DNA of 64,000 nucleotides from Podarcis gaigeae. Lineage: Eukaryota. Under the pieces are notes generated by a model. That model saw only the letters and a program-made list of their open reading frames with translations, had not been told where the DNA came from and did no database searches. This document shows positions 40,201 to 54,381 of this stretch, piece after piece (within the stretch, counting starts at the first letter, position 1; each line of letters starts with the position of its first letter). The stretch lies in NCBI GenBank assembly GCA_964106915.2, contig OZ066914.1; one strand, 5' to 3'. Made by a program: the position numbers and the translations under genes.

Positions 40201-40612
40201 CAGGTTGCCCTGAAGAGAATGTCCTGATTTAGAGCACCCTGGGCTAGAGGCAAGCCCATGGTCGCTAAGGGTCAAACTAGACATTCATTAGAGATTTTGC
40301 ATGCATCTGCATATATTTTTTCTCTCTTATATAATACAGACATGTGAGGGGATAATCCTTTTCAAGGATTGCCTCTCCAGCACAATAAGAATGACCCCAC
40401 AAAGAGGCCTTATGGCTAAAAGTCTTAGGGGGAGACATCTCCTTTGGAGACTCCTCGGCTGTGGTTATTCAGATCTTGCTGAGGAGGGAGGGGAGATAAG
40501 ACTTGTTATGTGCTGCCTTCAACCCCTGCCTTTGCCTGTAATTAAATAATAATATTAATAAACTAGATAAGAGCAAATAAACACTTTATGGTCCTTAACA
40601 AAGAAAGGGAGA

Positions 40613-40693
<81 letters not shown>

Positions 40694-42997
40694 TACCAGG
40701 GTGGTAATTGGGGAGAGACAAAGCAACATTGGTACAAACATCTTATTGCTTGGGACTTCCCGAAACCTGGCAGCGCCCATCTCCCCTGCCCACTCGATGA
40801 CCACACAAAGGCTGTGAGTGGTTCTTGCCAGAGAACCACCTCAGCAACCATAGTCACTTTCATGGTCACATTGCAATGAATACTCTCTCCTCCCTTTTTC
40901 CCCAGAAAAGATCTGAATGGTACAGATCACGTGGGTAATCCCATGCGTGTGTTTGCTAACACAACTTTTGCAGAGGGTGCACATCCAAAAACTCAGTAGC
41001 ACACTCTCCCAGATGCATGGGTGGCGGCTCTCAATCTTTCACTCTCTTTTAGAGGGACTCTATACCAGTCTTTACACCATGGAGGGGGAAATCCTTCAGC
41101 TTCTTCTTATACAGTAGCAAAACTGGGTAAGTGAGAGAGAGAAAAATTCAAATGAAAGCATGCTTATTTCTACCTTTTCTCCTTTTGGATTAGTTGCTAT
41201 GACTGTACCATCAGGACCGATTATAACCCCCGGCTCTCCTTTTTCACCCTGTCCAAAAGACAAATGGCAAGAATGAAGACAAAATGCTTGTGAAAATATA
41301 AACTCTGCAAAACAGGCAAAAAATTTCCTCTGGAACCAGGCCTCTGGCCTTTAACTATATGCAGCCTTTTAGAAATAGGTGGAAAGTTTTAATGTATTTA
41401 TGGGGGGGGGGGGTTGTTTGGTTGTAAGTCACTTTAGGTTGTCATGGGCAAGATAAAGAGACTAAAAAAATGTAATAAATAATTACAATTGAAATATTGG
41501 TCCAGATGAAAAATGACCCATGTTATAAGCTATCTAGTACAATGATCTTATTGAAGTAAGATTCCCCAACAGGGGATGATGGCTGGCAATAGTGAGCATT
41601 TGGGGAGAGTTCATGGAAGCATGAAATGCTAGGCTTGCCATCCCCTTAATCACTGTAAGGCTGAAGAAGTACAAAGAAATAGAAATTGGTATTTTGGAAA
41701 GATATTTGGATTATGGAAAACGATTTGGAACTAAGGCTGCAATCCTAACCATGTCTAATCAAAAGAAAGTCCTACTGAATTCAAAGGGGCTCACTCCCAG
41801 GTAAGCAGGGTTAGTTAGGGTTGCAGCCTAAGACCAGGAGCCAAATTGTAAGAATCCTCTTGATAGTGGAGAAATTTGCATTTTGGTGATCATGTTGCAA
41901 ACTGGAATGCTTTGCTCCAGAGGGTAGGACTCAAACCAATGGCTTCAAGTTACAAGTAAGAAGATTCCAACTAAACATCAGGAAGTACTTTCTGACAGAG
42001 CTGTTCAACAGTGGAATGGACTCCCTCAGAAGGTGGTGGACTCTCCTTCCAGGGAGGTTTTAAGCAGAGGTTGGATGACCGCTTGTCATAGGATTGTAGA
42101 GTTGGAAGGGAGCATGAAGGTCGATTAGTCCAACCGCCTGCAATGCTGGAATATTTTGCCCAACATGGGCTTGAACCCGTGACCTTCATGGATGCTTTGA
42201 GATTCCTAGGGGGTCCCTTCCAACTCTACAATTCTATGATTGTCTTACCTTTGGACCTGAAGAGCCTGGAACACCTGCAGATCCTGTGTCACCTTTTGGT
42301 CCCACTGGCCCCTGGAATCACAGAGAATTACAACTGATGACATTGACACATGGCCCATCTTTTCAGTACTAGGAGTCAGGGAAGCAATATTGTTTGTTTG
42401 TTTTGCTTCCCACCCCCCCCCCCAACTGCGCACCCTTTACCTAGGGACATTAAAGCATGCTGTGAGCCAACAGGCCCCCTCCTTTGTTTTGATCTGCTTG
42501 CCTTGGCCTAAGGATGAGCCTCTGGTCTACAAATAACGCCAAGCAAGCCATCCAAAAAGTGGTATTCATGTTTTGGGGGAAGCTGACTGTGGAAAGCGCC
42601 AGAGAAGCCCTGCTTTAAAACAAGTCAGGCCAATCTGCACATTCTTTTTTTATATATATAATTACTTATTAGAGTTCTCAAAAGAGTTTGGTTATTGGTG
42701 CTAGTCCATCTGTACTTTCTCCCCTTGGTAGATTTGCGGGTGGTTTGTCTTATTCTCCTGGTGCAAGCTAGCACAGCCTGCAAATGGGAGGAAAAACTAA
42801 TCGGAAAAGTGGGGTTTAAGGCTGGAAAAAATGCCAGAGAAAATCCATTTAGTTTGAAAAGCTATGTGCACTTTAGCTCTCAAAATGTGGGAGCAGCAAG
42901 TGATACAGCAGGACTGGTGTCTGCTGCTCCCTGCCTGGGATGCTGAGGAAATGGAAAGAAGCAAAAGGAGGAGCGCCTTGCAACCACCTCCCCAGCC

Positions 42998-43045
<48 letters not shown>

Positions 43046-46000
43046 CCTTCCTGTTTTGTTCTCTCTCGTTCCATTCCTTGTCCAATATACACAACCGCTG
43101 ACAAAATAAAAACAAGCAAAACATAACAAAAGCTCGGTTGCTGCCAAGCCTCAAAGCTGCCCTCCTTTGCATCTGGTTGCTCTAGGGCAGCTCTCAGCCA
43201 GAACAGCCCCCAGGGGGGAGAGCTGCTCACTGAGGCTTGGAGCAAGGTCACCCAACCCCTCGCCAGGGCCAGTTCACACACATTCATTCTGACTTCAATT
43301 GGCTCTGTTCAGAACATATTAGTACAGCTGCAAAGTCTGTAGTAGTAGTAGTAGTAACAGGCTGCTGTGGGGGGGGGGGGTTATGGGGGGGGAGGTGAAT
43401 CATACAATTGACAGGCAAATCTACAGTCAAAGAAATTCAAGCTCAAGTCACAGTGCCAAGTCTTTAAAAAGGGGGTTGTGAATAGACACTTGCCTGATCA
43501 GCTGTGCCAAAATTGTCTCCAGGTGACCAATCTAGGAAGCTTTATAAAACTTCTTTTTTTACACATAGATGTCAGTAAATGGACTAGTAAATTGGTTGGT
43601 TTGTTGGAGGACTTACTCACAGTGCTGATTTAGGTCTCATTCACACTTGTTTTTGGGCTGCACTTTCTATGTACAAGTCCGGGATTTCTAGGTTTCTGTC
43701 AGAGTGTTCCCCTCCCCTTCCTGCCGCTTACCCCAGGGAAACCTGTGTTTTACTGCTGAATCGGAGCAAACGGCAATCAGGTTTTCAGCAGATTGTCATT
43801 TCTCCAATTCAGCAGCAAATAGATGGCTTTCCTGGGGAAATCTGCAGAAGGTGGAGGGGAAAACACTCCAACCTGGACCAGGAAAACCCAGAGCTGTACC
43901 TAGAAAGCGCAGCACAAAAGGAAGTGTGCATTGAGCCCTTATACATGTGCTGCAGTTTTTCTCTTGCAACAGAGGATGCCCCTGTATACTAAGAAAAAAC
44001 TTTGACATGCCCTCCCCTCTCCAACCACTGGTAAACTGCAAAGATGTACAGCAGCCGAATTCTTACAATCTGAGCACTGTGAAGCCACCGGGCCGTATTC
44101 AACCACATTTTTGCACTAGCACAAGGGGATTCTCCCTTCCCTCCATGTGCGCCCTATGCTGTCCCCAAATCTGTCCTGGAGGGTTGGGGACAGATTTAGG
44201 GGGAACCCAGGTGAGAGAAGAGGCAGAGATGGTTCTGTTGCACAAGGAGAAATCTTTGCACTGAAGGAATGATCTGCTTAGTGCTACATTGAACATTACC
44301 CCGTATGACTAGTACTGGGTCAACTACTTACTGGGAAGCCAGCATGCCCTTGTTTGCCCTGCAAGAAGAAATAGGGTAGCATAAATAACATATAAAATAT
44401 ATAATAGTATTATCTCCAGCCCTTTAAACTTTAAAATAAATTGTTTGCACATAATCAGTCGAGCCCAAATGTGTGGGTCACTATAGTTGCTCAGCCATGG
44501 TCTTGGAAACAGAGGCTGAGCCCTATCACAGTGTGTCAAATTAGGCAGTGTGGTGAGGATAATGGGGAATGTCTCATCATTCACTCTTGCGCCAGCTTAG
44601 CTTCTAAAGCAGTTTATAAGAAGTGCCTTTGTACATCTGTATGGATATGATGCACATCAGCAATGTGAGGATCTGCAGCACAGATGTTTTTATGCTTGAT
44701 GCTTATTTATAATTGACATCTGTGACAGGTGGATGTTGAGTCAGCCTCCTGAAGACCCAGAAACCAATCAGGGCTGGGTGCAGTGCCATCCAATTGGGAG
44801 AGAGTAGAGAACAAAAAGTCAGAACAACAGTTAAACTGTCAGATAAGGTTTGACTTTCAAGTAAAGATCAACTAGGGCTTGGTTGGAGCCTAGATAGGGC
44901 TTCAAAATGGTTTAGCTGGGGATTAGTCAGGTGGTTAGGGGCTTGCTAAATAAGGCAACAATATTATTCCCCTGTGGGGAAGGAAAATATCTTAGAAGGG
45001 GCCAGAAGTGATTTACTGGCTTAGTAGAACAAATGGCCATTCTAGGAGGAATCAGTTTAATCAGAAACAGGTTTAAAGTGAAGGTTTAAGTAAAGTTCTT
45101 AATTTTTTCTGTAAAGTGCTGTTGACTGAAACAAAGTGCATTGCCTTATCAGTGAAATCAATAAGCTCTAATGCTCATCAAATACATTTATTTTAAAATT
45201 CCAGTTTCGTTTATATAGTGCCTCATCCTTACTTTGATCCTCTGGCTGAGGGATGAGTTTCCTTTCACAATATTAAAAATCCTTGCTGTTGGTTATCAGA
45301 AAGCGCTACCACATAAAGATAATACCAGACCTCTCAAGTGTTACTGACAGGGAGTGTCTAAGTGTTTAAACACCCCAAACCAGATCACATTACCTCACTC
45401 CCATCTTTATTTTTTTCCATTCCCATCTTATTGAGGGAGTTTGCCACAACATCCTTCTCACTAAATCAGAATAAAATGATCACTAGGATAGAAACTGCTT
45501 TTTACTTACCTCTGGACCTGGCAGAGTAGGTAAGGTTTTCTATAAAAAATAACGAAAGGGTATACTTAAAATGCGATCTTTATTTTATTCCCTCATATTC
45601 TTTGGTGGGGCAAACTAAAGTCTGACCCAAAGTCCAGTAAAATACCACAAATTTCTTACCAATGACCCTGAATTGTTTATTCTTATTCATACCATTATCC
45701 TGTCATTTCTATTAAATCAACAGTAGCTGGAGAAAAGAGATGGGCTTGAATTCAAATGTAACATTACATACCATGGCTGGAATTCAACTATTACAATTGG
45801 TCGATTGGTGAAAGTATTTCAGCTTCTCTGATGGAACAATCCTCTTCTCTCCCCCCCCCCCCCGGCTCGCTGGGATTCTGGGGGTTCCTCAGGGATACAT
45901 TCTAAGTCCATTTGGGGCAGTGTGGGGGCACAAGGAAGAAACTCTGATGTGCTGACAGGAGTTCTTGTGCTGGCTCCCACTAGCACTATTATTTAGTTGA

Positions 46001-47623
46001 ATCTGGCCCCGTATTTTCTCAGCATGAGAACCCACTGGCTTAAATCAGAAATCTAAACCTTGCAATCGAATACATGTCTACTCAGAAGAATGCCCAACTG
46101 AGTCCAAGGACATCTAGACCCCTTTGCCTAAAAACTAAAATGAGCAGGGGGGATTGCCAGGGAAGCCAGTCACGCCAACAAGGAACACGTAGAAAATTTT
46201 CTAGAGGCAATCACCTATTGGTTCAAACCATGGTTTAGCATGAACCTGCAAGCCTACAAGCTCCCCACCATGAGACTGCAGGCACTTCCCTCCTTCTCAG
46301 TCATTTTGCTGCTGAGCTGCGCTGACCTAAACCATGGTGTGTCATCCAAACTCATGGTTTCAGCTCTCCTAGGCAAACCACAAGCTGTAGGTAAACCAAG
46401 AACAACCTTGGTTTTAGCTCAAGATCTGTCTGGAGAGAGCTAATTCATGAGCCCAGGTTTGGACAACATTCGAAGCAAAGCCATGGCATAGCTCCATGCA
46501 GCACTGCGGCAAAATGGCTGAACATGAGCAAAGTTGCCATTATCTCCTTCCTGGGAGCCTGTAGGCTCACATGTTCACACTAGTTTGCCTTAGTGTGGTA
46601 TGTGAACCAAGCCAATATCTGCCAAGAAGGAAACAGAGAACTATCAGTCATTTAACTTCAGGGTATTAACATTTTCATGGTTGATGCTGAACTAGAAAAT
46701 ACAGAAACAAATGACCCTTATAATTAGAAATAATGAATTGATTCTGTGAGGAATGGCTCCTCTAAGGAATCGTATCACAGCAAATAACATGATTTTGCAG
46801 AAGAGGAAGGGGTGAATAAAAAAGCACAAATATCCTTACATCATCACTGGGCAGGAGGATGACTTGTCCGGGAGGGCCGGGGGGTCCAGGAGGACCTGGC
46901 AGTCCTATTCCATCTTGACCTCGTTCACCCTCAAAGGAAAAGAAAGAGAACATTTGAATGTGGGGCAGATTTCAGCAGCCAGCTTGCTCACAGGGGCAGG
47001 ACAGTTTGAGCATATAACACCAATCCTGGCCTGATTGTACAGTGGTACCTCGGGTTAAGTACTTAATTCGTTCCGGAGGTCTGTCCTTAACCTGAAACTG
47101 TTCTTAACCTGATGTGCCACTTTAGCTAATGGGGCCTCCCGCTGCGCTGCCAGAGCACGATTTCTATTCTCATCCTGAAGCAAAGTTCTTAACCCGAGGT
47201 AATATTTCTGGGTTAACAGAGTTTGTAACCTGAAGCGTATGTAACCCGAGGTACCACTGTACTGGCTGCCAATTAGTTTCTCGGCTCAATTAAAAGTGCT
47301 GGTTTTGACCTATAAAGCCTTCAACAGCTCAGGACCACAATACCTCAAGGACTGCCAACCCAGACGCTGCAATCATCATCTGAGGCTCTTCTTCGTGGGC
47401 CTTTTCTGCAGTGACTCCTCATTTGTGGAATGCCCTCCCCTGGTGCCATCATTTTATATCTTTAGATGCCAGGCAAAAACTTTCCTCTATAACCAGACCT
47501 CTGTCCTTTAACTATCTGTGGCCTTTTAAACAGGGATGGGGTATTGTTTTCGTTCATTACTATGGTATGTAATTCTGTGTTTTTATATTATAAACGGCCC
47601 AGTGATCCTTGGATGAAGGGCAG

Positions 47624-47673
<50 letters not shown>

Positions 47674-50600
47674 GTTTTTAGGGGTGAGTTGCAAAACATC
47701 TTAACTGCACACATTCTAGCCCATTTTTTGTTTGTTTGTTTGTTTGTTTGTTTGTTTGTTAAAAGCATTTAAATACTTCAGTTTCATTTAAAAAATTGAA
47801 GTGGTTTACAACAGTTAAAATACAGTAACAACAAAATTTAAAACAGATCATCAGCTGACTATTAGGGAAACTGCTGCAAGCCAATCCTGGCCCAACTACA
47901 CTTTACCATAACATGTTGTGTGCACACACGCACACAAACAGAACTTCTCCTGAAATCCACAGGAGTACTTACTTTAGGCCCTGGGTCTCCAGCGTCACCC
48001 TTTGTCCCCTGAAATGAAAAACATGGGGGAGACAAACACATTTTCAGGGAAGGATACAGTTTTGCACAATGGAGAACTGTGTCTGGTGAAGAACTGTGTG
48101 GCAAGTGACAGCCAGTGTGGTCCAGCAGATGGAGACCTGGACATAGATCCAGAAGATCTGGGCTGAACTCCCACACTTCAGTCATGGACTCATTGGGTGG
48201 GCTTTGGGTCACCTACCATCACTCAATCTGTTCTCCATTTACAAACAAGGAAGAAGAATGATCCCTCTCTTGGGACTATCCTAGGGATGAGTGCAATTAA
48301 TATTGTTGCATTTGAGGTGTGTGATTACTTACAGATGAGGAGAACAACATTGTCACTCTATGAGGGCACACACCAGACATGGGAGATGAGAATAATACAG
48401 CTGTGAAGTCCATGTTTCTACAGGATTTCTTCCTGAGCTACACTTACACACAGAAGGCTGCATCCAACTAGGCTCCACTCAGAAGGGAGCCATCTAAATT
48501 AACAAACGCAAGTAGGTTGGATACAACCTATTCATTATTTGTAGGGGTATCTTAATTTTCCGCTTTTTAGCTTTCAAAAAGAAATATTTGTAGGATATTC
48601 TTTTCTGTGAGTTTGTCCGAAAGATGCCAAGAACGAGAGAGGAATGACTGCACTGAAATTCATGCTCACCTGTGGTCCTGGGAAACCCTCTAGCCCAGGA
48701 CGACCATCCAGACCTGCCAATCCAGGGTCTCCCTACAAACAAACAAAGGAGCCTAATAAGGGATCCTAACCTTCCCCACAAATGCCACTCAGCAATCCAG
48801 TCCAGCTCCCGTAAAAATATTTCATAGCAGTACAGTAACAAAACACCTCTTATAAACCAGCAGTCATGGTAGGGGAGGTGGAGACAAAGTTCTCCAAGTA
48901 CTTCTCAATATTTATGACATGGTCTTACCTTCACTCCAGGCAAACCTGGGAGACCAGGGCTGCCGACATCACCCTGAAAATTAACAAAAAGACAGGCAGA
49001 AGGCCTATTTTTACTGGTCACATTAAATAAAAGATATGCTCTGTTATTTTTCTACTTTGTTTTTCCATTTGAGTCCTAGCCCAGGCTATCTTTTTGTGCT
49101 ATTGATGGTGGGATAGAACGTGTGACAGTATGTGACAGTATGTGACATGTGTGCAGCACCATCTAAATTGGAATGGTCCTGCTTGTGCTCTGCTAGGGCA
49201 GTCGGAGAGATGTACCTTGCCTTTTGACCAGGGGTAGGCAACCTAAGGGCTAGGGCCCGGATGTGGCGCAATCCCTTCTCAATCCGGCCCGCAGACAGTC
49301 TGGGAATCAGCGTGTTTTTACATAAGTAGAATGTGTCCTTTTATTTAAAATACATCTCTAGGTTATTTGTGGGACATAGGAATTTGTTCATCCCCCCCCC
49401 CCAAAAAAATATAGTCCGGCCCACCACATGTTCTGAGGGACGGTGGACCGGCCCATGGCTGAAAAAGGTTGCTGACACCTGCTTTTGAAAGTCCTGTTTT
49501 GGGGTCAGTATGCATCCATTGTGAAAGCCAAGACGTTGCACCAAAATGAAGAGGTTATCCTAGTCTGAATGACAGGAGACAGGACTAAGGAAAGCATCAT
49601 GACAGACTCATTTTGCCGTACTATAACCCTTTTCTACCCACACCTGATTCATTCATACCTTGCACAATATATTTCCACCAACCTGAGTTCCTATACTAGT
49701 TCAAAACAAAAAAAAAATCCTTCCAGTAGCACTGAAGTGTATCTGAAGAAGTGTGCATGCACACGAAAGCTCATACCAAGAACTGACTTAGTTGGTCTTT
49801 AAGGTGCTACTGGAAGGAATTTTTTTTGTTTTGACTATGGCAGACCAACACGGCTACCTATCTGTAACCTATACTAGTTCAACACTCTGAGTGCTTTATT
49901 GTAACAACACCACAAAACTCAGTAGTCCTCTGCCTCCTCCACCTAGCACCATCCATGTTTTGCCTTGTATAGTGAACTAATATGATTGGCCTGTTATGGA
50001 AAGGATCTTAACTTGAGTAGGAAAAAGATTTTTTAAAAAGAGAACTGGACACTAAATGGAGTTCAGATCAGGCAGAGAGATGGATACTTTCATTTGTGGG
50101 TGCAGTTCTGGCTTAAAACAAGCCAAGCCATACTGCCTACCAAATACAGCAGCAGACAACAACAACAAAATTCTCACCTTGAGTCCTGGAAGCCCTGGTG
50201 GTCCCTATAAAAATAAAAATAGTCATCAACTCAATTCTGTCAGATTTCATGACCTCTAGAAGAGCACAATCTCCTCAAAGCCAAATTTATACCTGTTGTG
50301 TGTATTTAGCATTCATTAACAATACTGACATAGCAGGGTCCATGTTTTATAGCGTAACCTAAGGTCTACTATTCAGATCTTAAGTATCACAGTCTACAGG
50401 CAAGGTCTGTCTTTTCAGACTGTGCCTGACACTCAGCTGCGGACTAGGATATTAACATGGCCATTAGTGGAATATGCTTGTTTCTGCAAGAGGAACAACA
50501 ACAGACCGAAGGTTTCCAGCTGGACACTGGCAACATGGAAAGCTTTTAATGCATGTCCAGTATAGACCCAGGCAATAATATGCCATCATACTGTAGATGA

Positions 50601-53600
50601 GGGGGTCAGAAGACAACTTCAAAGGTTCATAACCTTCTTCTTTGGTCTGCACCCCTTAACCACAAGTGGTAACACATGGCCACACAGTGCTATAAGGTTA
50701 ACCTCAACACTCATAAAAAATATAAATTGATTAGCAGCCCATTCCTATGCATCTTTACTCATAAATAAAGCTTGTGTTGTTCAAATCCTGCATGCTCCCA
50801 AGCAGGTGCTCACAGTACTGGAGTCTTTGGAGGAAGGCAATGCTGGGAAATGGAATGAGGAATACCTGTGGCCCTTCTGGTCCACGTGCTCCAGGAACAG
50901 CAGAAACCAACGGCAGCCCTGAGCCCTCCATGTCATCCTAAGAAAGAATGGATGGTGTTAGTCTACAGGCAGAACTATCATCAGGTAAAGCCTGTGGAGA
51001 AAAGCCCTGATCCCTTGCCATCCATTTTGCTTGAGCAAGCCAGACATGTCCAAGTTCCCAAATACACAAGCACAGGATAGGTCCCTCTGGAAGCAACATC
51101 AAGAAATCCCAGTGAGAGTGAACACTAAGATACCGGTATTCACATCCCCAGGAGCCTCCTGCCATCCTCACCCCTCTAACTCCCCTACAGGTGTTTACAA
51201 ACAACTTGGCAAATAATTGGCTGAGAAGTGCCACCGGACACTCAACTGCAATGTGGGTAGGAAACCCTTTAAAAAAGAGAGAGGCTATGGCCATGCAGCC
51301 TTTTGTCCCTCACACTAAAGTCCCTTGTCCATCAATGACCAACAGAAAACCCTGCAAATGACCAACTATGCCTGTTTCTAAGTCACTGGTTCTTGATGAG
51401 CTAGACTTGAGCTAAAAAGCTCCTTTTATTTTCAATATTCTGCTTAGTTCCTTTGTTCTCTCCCTTTCCTTCTTTATTCCTAATAAACATTATCTAATTA
51501 GACAGTTGGTTCTTGCATACATTGTTGCCAAAGTCACAGGGTTAGTGTAAAAATTCCCATGTGCCTAAACCACTTGGTTCATTTCTATGGAGGTACGGAA
51601 ATTGGGATTGGCAGAGAAAAGCCAGTTGCTTTGGTCTTTGAGAGAGATGCAGTGGATAATTCTGACCATCTTCTGCTCCCTCAAACTACTCTACTCTTCC
51701 TTGCTTTTCCTTATACCTGGAACTCCCTTCTAAACATCTATGTGACATCACTCCGCTCTCACATCCTTCAAATCCCTCTTTTCCCAGGAAACTTTTGACT
51801 TAGTCCCTTAGTCTTCATCTCCTACTGAAGCAAAGTCTCACCATACATTCAAATCACCCCTCCCAAAGAATGCTAGGAAGCAGAGTTCAAGGGGGCTGGA
51901 AATTGTAGGTCTGTAAGCTGCAGTTCCCCGGATTCTTTGGGGCAAAAGCAGTGGCGTATCGTGGGTTGTCAGCACCTGGGGCAAAGCAAGTAATTTGCGC
52001 CCCCTAAGTGAGAGGGAGTGAGTGAGCCAGGTAGGGGCAGAGAGCTGCAAGTGCGAGCGCGCGCCCCCCCAGATGTTGCGCCCGGCCCCCCTGCACCCGC
52101 CACGCTACGCCACTGGGCAAAAGCAATGACTGTTAAAGTGGTATGAATGTGTGGCTGTAGCCTGTGTGTAACTTAATTTAATGCACAGTCACCTATTTAC
52201 CCTTGCCTCCACCTGTCTCTCCTCCTTTTATTGCCTTCATCCATGTTCACATTGAGTTTGAAAAGAGGACCATTTCTATTTGTTTGGTAATCTGCTAAGC
52301 ACCTCACAACTATTAGTAGTACAACCAAGTTTTTCCAACATTTTGCACTTCTTGGGTCTTATGGGGCCCACTGAACAGTGGTGTATTCAACAATGGCATT
52401 TCAAATACGGTACTCACAAATCCAGGCCCAAAGGCTGGCCCAGGTGGGCCAGGAGGACCAGGTTGTCCTCGGGGACCCATGGGCCCAGGAAGGCCTGCCA
52501 GGCCAGTTTCACCCGGTGCTCCCGGAGACCCTGCATCTCCTTTACTGCCCTGGAAGAAAACAGGAAAGGATGTTTGAAAAGAGCAAAGAGAAGGAAAGTA
52601 CAAGAGGGCCAAAAGGAGCCTGGTAATAGGATATTATGTACAGTATTTCTGAAAGAAAACCTTGCAATGCTGCCTCTCTCTCGTTACATGCATTACAAAC
52701 ATCTGTATGTGCATCACATCCCAGAATGGCACATGCTTCTGATCTGTGCTCTGTCGTCAGATGCTCACACTGGTTGAAGTGTACAATGCCACAAGTGTTA
52801 CAATGATGTAAGTGTGTGCAGCTGAACAGAGGAAGCACCCTAAATTGCATAAAATTGGGGACTAACTCAGCCTGCATATTTTGAATTTTGCAGCTGTCGA
52901 ATTGCAGCTGACTTAGCATGTAGATACGCACCACACAGAACCTCTGAATGCACACAACAGTTTATTTGCACTCCTGTACAGGAGTGGTTTCTGTGGCCCA
53001 AACTGGTGGTCTACACACATGTTTAAGTCTTTTACATAAGAAAGTGTACTGGGGATATGTAAGGAAATCTGACGTCAGACACACTGGCTTCAGGACTGTA
53101 CCCAAAGTCTGTATTTTGTTCATTATCAGGAAGAACATGTGCAGTAAAAAGAGAAAGTAAATTATGGTCTATGGGAAGTGTAGCTTACAGGAAATATAGA
53201 CTGCTTTTATTTTATAGCTAGATACTATTGTCTTATCAGTGTTCAATAATAAAGGCATTCTCATCTGAAATGTTTTTAAGCTTGCTTTTAATAAAATAAT
53301 GTCAAAAACGCTAGAGAGGGAAAAATCTGCATCTTCTTTTACATCTCTTAAGAGTGCTGGGTTAATAGAAGGAGATGTGCATATATGTGTCTTTTCCAGT
53401 GCCTAGGTGAGAAAAGAAACCTTACATGGTTATTTTTTTTTTATTTAAATGGGACTACCACCACCAATTAGGCCAGTTCAAAGAACGTGTTAGAAAACAC
53501 CCAGAGCTGCATGTCATACTGCAATAGAGGGCAGGGGGCTTTCTCCCCACAATTCCACAAACCATTCAACATGCAGGATCACACTGTATTGTTATTACAC

Positions 53601-54341
53601 CTCTGCACACATATCAAACTGCATTTTTTTTGTGCCACACAAACACATGCAGAGAGATGTTACCTCCATTTTTTGTCTTCCCCTGTATGGGGCTCTGTAG
53701 TAGTAAGAAAGTATCTCTAACACATCAGGGGAGATAGGAAGCAGAGTATTCTAGTTAGGTGGGGGAAAGTAAATGGAAAATAGGAAGGTTGAGAAGCAGG
53801 AAAAGAAGAATAAATGTCTGAACCACCTATGAGATAAGACAACCTCAGTCTTACTCTGTCCTGTCCTTGTACTGTACTGTACCCAGAAAGTGAGCTATTC
53901 TACCTTAGGTCCAGGTGCTCCTGGGAGGCCTAGTTCTCCTGGTTCTCCCTGGAAACAGCAAAGGAAAAGAAGTGTGAATGTGCTTTTCTTTTTTACTAAA
54001 TTCAAGCCAGAGGCAGCCTATTTTCTCAGGCTTGCTGAGGCAGGATTACAGCTCTGTGAAAGGAACTTGCACAGCTAAGAGAGAAATATACATACACTAG
54101 CTCCATTCAGTCCAGGCTGGCCAGCTATCCCATCTTTTCCTGGAGAACCGGGAGGGCCCTGGAAAAGATTAGAAAAGGAAAGTTGTTTTAAAAGCTGCCA
54201 TAAGCCAGTTTGCATCCATTAATCCCAAGCCCATTCCTTGTCAAAAGATACCGTCTCTTCCCTTTAAACAGAAACACATCTTTGTGTACCAAAAGAATGA
54301 AAGCTATTTTCCACTGGATACAACTTTTGAATGAAAGATTA

Positions 54342-54381
<40 letters not shown>

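Noticed and set aside
53664-53716. Cryptic minus-strand exon (ttag|AGATAC...GAG|gtaaca)
   Set aside because: 53 nt frameshifts; the 51-nt variant needs a GAG acceptor and is non-collagenous; flanking exons already join in frame
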